A stretch of DNA of 64,000 bases from Tubulanus polymorphus (lineage: Eukaryota; Animalia; Nemertea), in contig NC_134028.1 of the NCBI RefSeq assembly GCF_964204645.1, positions 12,633,263 to 12,697,262 on the forward strand, given 5' to 3'. Each line of letters starts with the position of its first letter. The first letter of the stretch is position 1. Both the position numbers and the translations under genes were made by a program. Below are positions 50,414 through 60,430 of this stretch, in pieces. The notes beneath the pieces are model-generated. The model did no database searches and was not told where the DNA came from. It saw only the letters and a program-made list of their open reading frames with translations.

Positions 50414-52790
50414 CGGTTCCTGAACTTCGCTGAAAAAGCTGAAACACTGAAAAGCTGAAACGCTGAAATAAAAACGCTGAAATTTCAGGGAATTTCCGAA
50501 AAACGCCGAAATTTCAGGGAATTCCCGAAAAACGCTGAAATCGTGCTAGGTACATACAATACACGTTTTGAAATTTTTTCCGGGCCGGTGTCCGCTGATG
50601 AGTCCTGAACCGTGTTTTATGCTCTACCTTCGGTTACAGAGACATGCCTTAAGGTCGTCGTCATGATCGACTTGATCGATTGCGGATTGCGTGGATTGTT
50701 AGATGTGTTTTTTGCCATAGTTTTATGTGCATATACCGGTACGATCTAACAATGAAGTTATCACTTCATTTGAATAAATTCTTAATCACAGTAATATTAA
50801 TTCACAATATTTTTTCTTATGTTTGGTGATTTCTTGCAACTTATCATTACCAAGTCTCATACAAGTAGTAGCTGAATGAAAGTACAGTTAGGCTGAACCT
50901 GATAACCCAAATTAAGTGCTAGCATGGAACTAATGATTATTTTGATTCTATTTTCGGTGTCATTGAAATTCGTTAAGAAAGGTTCAACCGTCATAGTATA
51001 CTGTACTTAGCATTGCTACAATTGGGTGCCATATTTCTACAATTTCTACAAGGAGGAAGGAATCTTTAAGTGTCTTTGTTCCCGGGTAGGGTACGGGGTA
51101 AAACCTGGTTCACTTTCTCTTTCGACTTGCCGGAGACTACTATCTGCAATGTATTGCATGCTTTGATGTGTCTGGCCTATAGGAGTCGAACAATATTTTT
51201 TTCCCATACACAGGCTTGGCTTTAGTGTAGATGAAGGCTAGGCACTGCACATTGTGGATTGACTGGAACTCTTAACTCACAAAATTAAACGAGTCAACAA
51301 GAAAGATCCAATAATTGGACATTTGTCTAACTATATTATTTAACAGCTTGAAATAAAACATAACACATTCTGCAAGAGTATACAAAGGAAATCAGTTCTT
51401 ACATTATATCAGAATCAATAGTTCGCTTAACTCTGGCTAGAATTCTGGTTCCATTGCTTCATATTCTAATGAAATCCACTAGTATACCTTAGAATATCGC
51501 TTAGCTTAAGACTAAAAATTTGGTACCAGGAAACAGGGAAGAAAAGTGGGTGTACTGTACATCCGCAATTGACTTATTTCTCTCAGGTTGAATCAAGTTA
51601 TTATTGAAATAGCATTCGAATAGCCATTTTATTTTTAAAAATTGTGTCGTTCAGCTATCCTGCTGCAAATTTCGCAGTTGAAGTTTACTGGTGCCATCTG
51701 ATTTCTCAGTATCTCAAAAAATTTGCACATTCTAAGCCTGAATCTAAAAATAGAAAAAGGTGCATTTTAGTCGGATATAAAAGAATAGTGGCTAATGCAC
51801 CCTGGACTATATAGCCTATGGGGTGGGCCTAGTTTGAAAGCACTGAGGTCCGAGAGAACAGCACTTAGTAAATAAATACTGAAATTAAACTTACAAAACA
51901 CCCAGTACTTGAGATGATGTACTTGACAAGAAGTGTCACCAGCTAAGCAAATCAACTTTGTCTATGACTCCTCCTTTTATAGATTCAGTAGTAGTCTAAA
52001 AATAAGAATCGGTACATTTTTCTAACAGTTGGTATGTCATTTCTTCAAAAAAACTAATTATTATCACGCCACAGCAAACAAATTATTCACAGTTGTTGAA
52101 TGGTTAGCCCGATTTAGATTAATTGGTTGACGCTAATCAGTATGACCCATACGTAGGGGCCTACTGCATGCCATTGGCGTCAATCCATTCCATTCCATTC
52201 CACAGTGAATTAAAAAGAAATTTAGTTAGATCCCTTTTGTCCAAAAGCTGCATCATTTATATAACTAGCCGTCAAATTTAATTTACCTCCTTCAGAGAAT
52301 ACCATAGTGACATAGTCCGTCGCCCATCAACGTGTTGACAAAAGAAAAGTTGCTGCATGTTTTATACATGAACGTTCAAATAAGATATTTTGCGTCTTGC
52401 AGGGAATATTGAGCATAGTGTTTAAGTTGGCTTGCACGGTTTGTGAATGGTTTTTCCTCATTATGCTGCCTGTATGCATTAAAAATCCGGATTTCAAGCG
52501 AATTAATTTGTCCAACAAGTGGCCCTCTAGAAGTATACTCCACACATACTGTCCATGCATGTCTCTGTAACCGAAGGTAGAGACTAAAACACGGTTCAGG
52601 ACTCGGCAGCGGACACCGGCCCGGAAAATATTTCAAAACGTGTATTGTTGGTACCTAGCACGATTTCAGCGTTTTTCGGGAATTCCCTGAAATTTCGGCG
52701 TTTTTCGGAAATTCCCTGAAATTTCAGCGTTTTTATTTCAGCGTTTCAGCGTTTCAGTGATTCAGCTTTTTCAGCGAAGTTCAGGAACCG
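50414..52790. mobile_element. Non-autonomous MULE-like element with ~200-bp TIRs and 9-bp TSD
   Basis: CGGTTCCTGAACTTCGCTGAAAAAGCTG... TIRs with repeated GCTGAAA; TSD ATTACTTGA at 50405-50413 and 52791-52799. Confidence 0.9.
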
Positions 52791-53604
52791 ATTACTTGAT
52801 GCAACAGATCAACAATTAGAAGATTTAAATAATATACTTTCTGATAAAGCAATTAGAGAAATTATTAGTATAAGAAATGAAGCTGATAAAATTGCGCATG
52901 ATAAAAGTATAAGAGATTTAAAAATTAGAACTTCAGAAGATGAATTATTTAAATCAAGAAAAGAATCGGAACAACTAAAATTAGATAGAGATAGAGATAA
53001 TAAAGTTATTGAAGAAATTGAATTTAAAAAAGAAATGCGTATTTAGAAAAAGAAAAAGATGATTTAGAATATAACATAGAATAACAAAAAGAAGAAATTA
53101 AATTATTGTTAAAATCATATGATTATAATATTAATAGATTAAAAGTTATTTTTAAAGATTTGTTGATAAAACCAGATTCTAAAATATCATTAAAAGATAG
53201 AATAAAATTGTTATTTGAATTAGAAGGAATAACAATTCTTTCAATTCTAACAGCTGTAACTATGTTATTTACAACAATTGGTTTAGCAATATCAAATGCT
53301 TTAAAATCTACACCTACTCCCGATAAACCGGATAAACCCCCGAATGATAATAATTCTATACAAGATAAAGTTAAGGATGGTTTAAAGAAATTAGCAAAAT
53401 ATTTATGGGAACTATCAAAAAATCTGCTGCAGCTTTACCAGGAATTATTGCATCAATTGTTGGTTTTATATTGAAATCTGCTGGGAATATTCTTAACTTT
53501 GCTGCTGGACATATTATTTTATTTTTAATTACAGTTGTAAGTGCAATTATTTTTGGGCTAGTTAACATGATAAAAAATAAATAATTAATTTTTTTGTTAA
53601 ATAA

Positions 53605-54853
53605 ATGAGTGGGAGTTATATCAATCCTTCTAAGAATCATAGAATATCTAATGCTATTAAAGCAGAAAGATCACATCATATAATTACTCATAACCCTTCT
53701 AATATTAATCCTGATGAAACTTTATATGTTAGAATCCCTCGATTAACACAAAATACTTTTTATGTTCCAAATAGTATTTATTTATCAGCCGATATAAAAG
53801 TAACCGGTAATAATAATAATTATGTTGTTGATAATGTTGGAAGATATTTGATTAAAAAAATTAACAATAAAGATTGGTCCGGAAACTGTTTTCTCATTAG
53901 ATGATTATAATTTATTTATGCATTATAAAGATTTATGGTTAACTAAAGAAAATAGAAATAATATGATATTTCAAGGAATCCAATCAGAAAACCAAAATAA
54001 ATTAAGATCAGAAGCACATAATGCAATATTAACTAATGCTGTAGATAAATTGATAAAAAGTATATATGGAAGCAAATATAAAATTCCATTAGACTTTGAA
54101 TTGATAAATAACAATGCGCCTTTATATAAATACGCAATTCAAGAAGACGTTATATTCGAAATAACATTTGCTCCTGTAAATGAAATTGTTATATCTAGCG
54201 TTAATAAAGATATGAGTTATAAATTATCGAATATATGTTTAGAATATGATACAGTAACTGATGAAAATATTGCTAACACAATTCAAACTCAATACAATCA
54301 AGGATTTTCATTATTATATGATTATATTGATAAATTTAAAACTGTAACTATTAATGCAAATGATGAAATTATTAATGAGAATATTAACTTCCCAAGAAGA
54401 TCTATTAAAGGTATATTAATATTTTTTACCATTGCAACATATACTAATGGCGCAATAAATGTTGATAATTATTATAATCCTGAAATAACAAAAGTAGAAA
54501 TAACTATCGAAGGAATAGCAAATAAAATATTTTGTCAAGGAATGAGAATGATTGATCAGTGGCCAGAAATTAGAAAACATTTTATGAATGAAAAAGTGAA
54601 ATCATCTGAAAATTGTAATATTAATCAAATTGATTATTATACCGGTAATAAATATGCATTATGGTTAGATTTTAGAACAACAGAAGATAATTCATTACAT
54701 GGTTCTGGAAAAAAACTCCAGAACACTAAAGATGGAATACAATTATTCATGACAAAGAATAAAGGAATCAAAAATTTTAAAATGCACATTTATATTATAT
54801 CTGACGCGCAATTAAATATTGTAAATTCTCAATTAAATAGTGTTATGTATTAA
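53605..54853 (+). pseudogene. Major capsid protein (double jelly-roll), one frameshift near 53860
   Basis: NPS.I...E.LYVR.P.L, NVGR, YKDLWL, IPLDFE, NICLEYD, PRRSIKGIL, NP.ITKVE.T.EG, LWLDFR, LHGSG; size and position fit a Polinton MCP (recognised from memory, not searched). Confidence 0.75.
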
Positions 54854-54885
54854 AATTTTAACTTTAATAAAAATATATATAATAA

Positions 54886-55740
54886 ATGGAAGGAGGTAAA
54901 GTATATAAACATATTCCATACATTGATACACATGAAAATAATGATGGTTTATATTATGTAATACCTTGTAATATAGCTTTGATATTTGATCCTATTTTCA
55001 AAATTTATAAAACTAAACTAATAGAAATCGATAATAATAAAAGTGGTGTTGTTGATAATTTAAGTAATGTAATTGATAATGATGTAATACCTTCTACATC
55101 TAATAATGTAATACCTACTACATCTAATAATGTAATACCTACTACATCTAATAATGTAATACCTTCTTCGTCTAATAATGTAATACCTTCTACATCTAAT
55201 AATGTAATACCTACTACATCTAATAATGAAATAATATTAAATGTTAGTGAAAATAGAAATTATTGTGGATATTGTAAAAGTGAATTTTCAAACGCTACAT
55301 CAAATTGGAATAAACATATGAATACAAGGGTACATACAAATAATGTTATAGAACGTGTTGGTTTAAAAGAAATTATAGAACACCCATTTAGATATGTTAC
55401 AAAGTTTGTTTCAAATCAAAAAGTAAATGGTGAAAAAATATATGAAGATTTATTATTAGCAACACCTAATAAAGATGAATTAGATATAACCGATGCTAAT
55501 GAAATATTAGGATCAAACACTGTAAATGAAATATTAGGAGCAAACACTAATAAAGATTCTATGAAACATAAAGTAGAAAATAATGATAAATTTGATTGGA
55601 TGAATAAGCATAACAATGAAACAACTATTGATGATTCGGTAAAAAGGATGAAAAAGTATAAAAATAATAAAGAATTTGAAGAAGAAAATTCGGTAGAGAA
55701 TTTGAATAAATTGTTAGGGTCTGATAGTGAAAGTGATTAA
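54886..55740 (+). CDS. Hypothetical protein with six VIP(S/T)(T/S)SNN repeats and a C2H2 finger
   Basis: 284-aa ORF; 24-bp tandem repeat at ~55084-55227; CGYC...H.....H. Confidence 0.7.
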   Translation: MEGGKVYKHIPYIDTHENNDGLYYVIPCNIALIFDPIFKIYKTKLIEIDNNKSGVVDNLSNVIDNDVIPSTSNNVIPTTSNNVIPTTSNNVIPSSSNNVIPSTSNNVIPTTSNNEIILNVSENRNYCGYCKSEFSNATSNWNKHMNTRVHTNNVIERVGLKEIIEHPFRYVTKFVSNQKVNGEKIYEDLLLATPNKDELDITDANEILGSNTVNEILGANTNKDSMKHKVENNDKFDWMNKHNNETTIDDSVKRMKKYKNNKEFEEENSVENLNKLLGSDSESD

Positions 55741-56113
55741 GATATTAATTATATTTAACTCAAAAAGTAATAAAGGTTGAAAATTATATAAAATAATAGT
55801 AAATAAAAAAAGGGGGTTTTAAGTTTTTAAGGTATTTAAGGTATCTAATACATATCTAATACATATCTAATACAATCTAATACATAAAATATCTTATTTT
55901 ATAATCTGATATTCATATGGAAATTGAAACCTCAGTAATAATAAATAACCTTTATTATTTTCAAACTTATTCATATATAAGTTGAAAAAATAAAAATGAA
56001 TTGGTTGAAAATTGTATTAATAATATTTATTTTAAAAAAGGGGGTTTTAAGTATTTAAGGTATCTAATAGGGTATCAGGTATTAGGGCATCTAATACATA
56101 GGTACACAAATAG

Positions 56114-56718
56114 TTATTTTATAAATTTATATTCATAGGGAAATTGTAATCTCAGTAATAATTTTGAACCTTTATTATTCTTTAATTTATTCATCATGTA
56201 ATTCAGTGGGTATAATTTGATTTTCTTTCAATGATTGTTGCATAGATTTTCTATCTTTGTTATAAAATAAAACTAGAAATCTTATATTCTCCCTAAAGTC
56301 TTTAACAATTGAATTATGTTTTTGATTTAAAACCCATGTTGTTATCCCAAAATGTCTCCCAGAGAAAGCTAGATAACATAACTCACTTTCTCTAACTTTA
56401 CCTTTCATGTAAATTAGCGCAATCATCTATAATGAATAATGTATTTGATCCGTTATAAGTATCAATTGCTATTTTTATACAATTATATAAATTTTCTTTT
56501 ACTGTTTTAGGATTTAATATAATAAACTTTTTTATCTTAACTATATCTCTATTATATGTTTTATTCATTTCATAAGTAGGACAAAATAATATTATGTTAT
56601 CAAAATGATTCTTATAAATAGTTTCTAACAAATCTAATATGAAATGTGCTTTACCACAATTGGTTACTCCAGTTATTAACATATTATGCGGTTCGAATAT
56701 GAATAAATCTTTATTCAT
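56114..56718 (-). pseudogene. A32/FtsK-like DNA packaging ATPase (frameshifted)
   Basis: Walker A GVTNCGK, Walker B LFIIDD, GRHFGIT..VLNQ motif. Confidence 0.9.
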
Positions 56719-57814
56719 TTATTCTTTTAATTTTACTAGATAAAATCCATTCATTAAATTTATCATCATATCCTTTATATTTCACCAAAGAATACTTTTT
56801 TCCTTTAAGAGTTTGTTTTCAATACTTTTTCTATTTTGTATTCTATTTAATCTAGATTTGGTACAAGTGATAATTCTTGTTCATAGAAATAACCTAATAT
56901 TTCTTCATCTTTTAAATCTTCTAATGGTTTAGTTAATATTATCTTTTTAATCTTGAATATTTCTTCTGTAAAATTAGGGGTATAACCTTTATAAAAGGTT
57001 TTTCTATATTTAGATATTATTACGTGTTGTCCAATTTTGAATTTAGGTTCACCGAAATCATGTGTAACAAACGCTCCATATAAATTATTCCAAACTATTT
57101 CTGAATTATCTTTTCTAGCTTGTATAGGTTTCATATTTATAGAACTATGTTTAGAATTATTATAACCTTTCACTAAATCATCTAACACATCGATATATTT
57201 ATATGTTTCATTAGCAGTAAAATATTTCCACATTCTAGTTTTCAATGTTTTATAAAATCTTTCTATAATAGATGCTTTTTTATCTGAATGTGTTGAAAAA
57301 AATATTCTACATCGCTATCAGATAATAGTTTTTTAAAATGTTTGTTATAAAATTCCTTACCTTCATCAAATTGTATCTTATCTGGAATAGCTTCTTTAAA
57401 TATTGATTTAAAAGCATTTGTAACTTCTATTCCAGTTTTATTTTTGATTGGAATTGACCATGCGTATCTACTGAATATGTCTATAACATTCAGTATCCAG
57501 AAATATCCTTTGTTGTATTCCTCTAAGTTCTTCATGTCAATTAAATCTGCTTGCCATTGTTGATCGATATATGAAACCATAACTTTTCTTGTTAAATAAG
57601 TTTTATCCATTTTCTTGTGGATTTGATATGTTGGTTGATTTTGTAACCATGATTTCAATTCACTATATTTTATACCACCATGTGGGTGCCATACGGCACC
57701 ATTACCATTTTCATTATCAGATTTAATTTTATCCCTTAATTCTGAAACACTAGAATATGATACTTCACTCTCTGGGTTATAATATAAATCTCTTAAATAT
57801 TGTTCTTTTTTCAT
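56711..57814 (-). pseudogene. Retroviral-like (rve) integrase with C-terminal chromodomain (frameshifted)
   Basis: QWQADLIDM, IDIFSRYAW, IQFDEGKEF, YNNSKHSSI.M.P, FYKGY.PNFTEEIF, LVKYKGYDDKFNEW. Confidence 0.93.
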
Positions 57815-57820
57815 CTTATT

Positions 57821-58180
57821 TTAATCCATTAATAATAATCTTGGTTTATTTTCAATGACTTTATCATTTGACTTATTTTCTGGTATGATAGGTTTATTGT
57901 CATTGGAATCATATTTATCATCAGATTTGAATTTTGATTTATATATTACACTGGATAATATAATAACTGTTACTAATCCAATTGTAATATATAATGTATA
58001 ATTACTTCCAGCATTAGAAGAATTAGATGGATTATTATTTGAATCAATACCAGGTGATTCATTTATATCAGTTAATTTCTTTTTCTTAGCTTTTTTTAAT
58101 TCTGAAGATCTTTTACCTAATTCTCTTGCCCATTTAATTTGTTTTTCAGATCTAACCATTTTCTTTACGCTATCACTCAT
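57821..58180 (-). CDS. Single-TM protein (119 aa)
   Basis: Basic N-terminus; TM YTLYITIGLVTVIILSSVIY; TAAATG start. Confidence 0.7.
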   Translation of the reverse strand: MSDSVKKMVRSEKQIKWARELGKRSSELKKAKKKKLTDINESPGIDSNNNPSNSSNAGSNYTLYITIGLVTVIILSSVIYKSKFKSDDKYDSNDNKPIIPENKSNDKVIENKPRLLLMD

Positions 58181-58775
58181 TTATTTTAGTTAATTTTTGT
58201 TCTGATTCATTTTCCGTTTCGACGTTTGGTTGTAGTACATCTGTTTCGTTCTTACCTGATTTATATTCCATAGGCTTGATATTCGAAAATGTAATGACGC
58301 CAGTAGAAATTAATGTCATAACCGATCCTAATTGAAATGAAGCATAACCAACCCATTTTTGTAATTCAGTCATAACTAAATAGTCATTTTTCAAATCACT
58401 ATATAATTTATTTTCATCATCAATTGGTATTAACTGGTTACGTAACTTAGAATAACATTTGACAATACCATCTGAAATAGAATCATTTATTCTAGCTTAT
58501 CTAGCTTCTTCATAAATCTTAAAATATTTTATTACTTTATCGGGTTTCATAGTATCTAGTTCTTGATAAGTTAAAATTTTTCCTAAGAAATCCTTAGATT
58601 TCCCGCCAGCAATTAATAATTGAAGATGATGCTTACAATATAAATAGTATTCATAATCAATATTGTTATTAACTTTAATAGAATTAGAAACAACTGTATC
58701 TTTATTATCGCTTATACCCAAATCATCTAATGTTTTTTCAATATCAATACTATTCTTATTAGATTTCTTTGACAT
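58173..58775 (-). pseudogene. Polinton hypothetical protein, split (58497-58775 and 58173-58394)
   Basis: Two adjacent same-strand ORFs with a single TAAATG start; hydrophobic segment in the C-terminal part. Confidence 0.55.
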
Positions 58776-59019
58776 TTATATTAGAGAAAAAAGCGAAAAA
58801 AAATATAAGTATTATAAAATGATACCAGTATCTCTTTAGATTAATACTGGCTTAGTTAAAGGTAAAGAATTTTAGTATTAGTTATTGTTTTTTTAGTATT
58901 TTTTATTTGTGATATAAAGTATTCTCTTTTGAAAAGAAAGTATTAAAAAAACAATAACTAATACTAGCTAGTTGAAGATATGTAATTTTTAATATATTTT
59001 ATTTGAGATATATTAATCT

Positions 59020-59697
59020 TTAACCACTCAATAAAGATTCAACATATTGTTCATTATTTGGATTATTGTTCCATAATTCAATGAATTTCTTTACTTTCGT
59101 TAACTGTTCTAAATATAACTGTAAATCTAGTTTGTCATGTTTAATCATATTTTCCTTCTTTTCAAGAGGTCTCAGGTTTTTCCAATTCCAAATTAACTTT
59201 TTATCATATTCATCATTCATGTCAAATTTAGATATTGGTAACACATGATCAATATGAAAATAATTGCCATAATTATTTATATTCATTTTATCATCGAATT
59301 GATATATTATCCATGATTTAAAAAATTTATCTGAACAATCCAATAAATGTGCTAGTGTAACTGAGTGGTTTTCTTTACTGAATAATTTTGATACTTTAGA
59401 TCTCAAACATTGTTTCAATTTAAAATTAAAATCTGTATGATATTTTTCATTATGATAATTTCTATTATACACTTTAATATGTTCTAAATGATTTTCTTTC
59501 CATTTCTTATTTTTATCATTGCGCGATTCAGTATTATTTCTATAATTTTGTTTGTCACTTAGTTTACTACAAGTTTTACAATAACTTTGCTTACCATCTT
59601 TCTGAGTTTTATAATTATAATATTCCGAGAGTTGTTTATTTATTTTACATTTAGAACATTTCTTATTGTTTATATTTATAGTTTGTGTACTTTCCAT
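59020..59697 (-). CDS. HNH-type endonuclease with N-terminal Cys4 finger (giant-virus/phage type)
   Basis: KKCSKC...KDG..SYCKTC; HIDHVLPIS.FD, WKNLRPL...EN..K.DK. Confidence 0.8.
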   Translation of the reverse strand: MESTQTININNKKCSKCKINKQLSEYYNYKTQKDGKQSYCKTCSKLSDKQNYRNNTESRNDKNKKWKENHLEHIKVYNRNYHNEKYHTDFNFKLKQCLRSKVSKLFSKENHSVTLAHLLDCSDKFFKSWIIYQFDDKMNINNYGNYFHIDHVLPISKFDMNDEYDKKLIWNWKNLRPLEKKENMIKHDKLDLQLYLEQLTKVKKFIELWNNNPNNEQYVESLLSG

Positions 59698-59808
59698 TTA
59701 TAATATATATTTTTATTAAAAATTGATTAACATTTTAAAATCCTGTTCATTATTTCCTTTTCTTTCTCTTCTTCTCTTTTAAGTTTTAAGTATTCATCTA
59801 AATTGGTT

Positions 59809-60430
59809 ACTGAATGATTGATTACATGTATCACATTTGTATATTTCTTTTTCATTCTTTAATTCATCTAATTTAGTTTCTAATATATCATCTTTATATT
59901 CTAGTTTCAATTTATTCTCTAAATGTGTTTTAGTTTTATTGTGTCTTGCTTTTTGGGATTTATCTATATTGATATTACATGTTGGACAGTAGTACTTATT
60001 TGCTTCCATTTTAATATCAAATTTTTTTTTTAAATTGATTTTAGAAGTTCAATGATTTATATCATGTAGTATTTCAATCACACTTTACTAACACTTTTAA
60101 TGTTTAAAAATCTAACTCATACAAATATGAGTATTGAAATAATGTTGTAAATATATCTATATATCTATTCTATAAGAGCTTACACTTTTATATTGAATAA
60201 TCTGTCAATTTAAATGTTATTCATGTATATGAATATTTTAAGAGTAATAGGGATAATAGGCTTTCATATCAAAGGTTGAAGGGGCGAGTGAGTAAAAAAT
60301 GAAAATAATAATAATTTACAGTTGAATTAAGAGTGTGCGCGACTAATTCAACTGTAAATTATTATTATTTTCATTTTTTACTCACTCGACCTTTCGACCT
60401 TTGGTATGAAAGCCTATTATCCCTATTACT
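59809..60430. repeat. Polinton right TIR (terminal hairpin 60243-60430)
   Basis: Reverse complement of 40581-41196; contains the duplicated polB N-terminus ORF 59794-60009. Confidence 0.93.

Larger units (their letters stand above)
49075..53580 (+). pseudogene. Long coiled-coil protein with hydrophobic C-terminal helices, split by two insertions
   Basis: Removing 49678-50341 and 50414-52799 restores the frame ...TTSEQN-ITSKT...PNGLLD-ATDQQLEDL...; the C-terminus carries GITILSILTAVTMLFTTIGLAI and AAALPGIIASIV. Confidence 0.75.
40581..60430. mobile_element. Polinton/Maverick (endogenous virus-like element), full length, decayed
   Basis: AGT...ACT termini; 6-bp TSD CTCGGC (40575-40580 and 60431-60436); ~620-bp TIRs; pPolB, integrase, ATPase, MCP and mCP genes. 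Confidence 0.97.

Noticed and set aside
50590-50615. Hammerhead-like CTGATGAGTCC..GAA
   Set aside because: No stem II partner or GAAA; the opposite TIR reads CTGCCGAG, so it is a chance variant
59794-60009. Separate zinc-finger gene
   Set aside because: Truncated duplicate of the polB N-terminus inside the TIR
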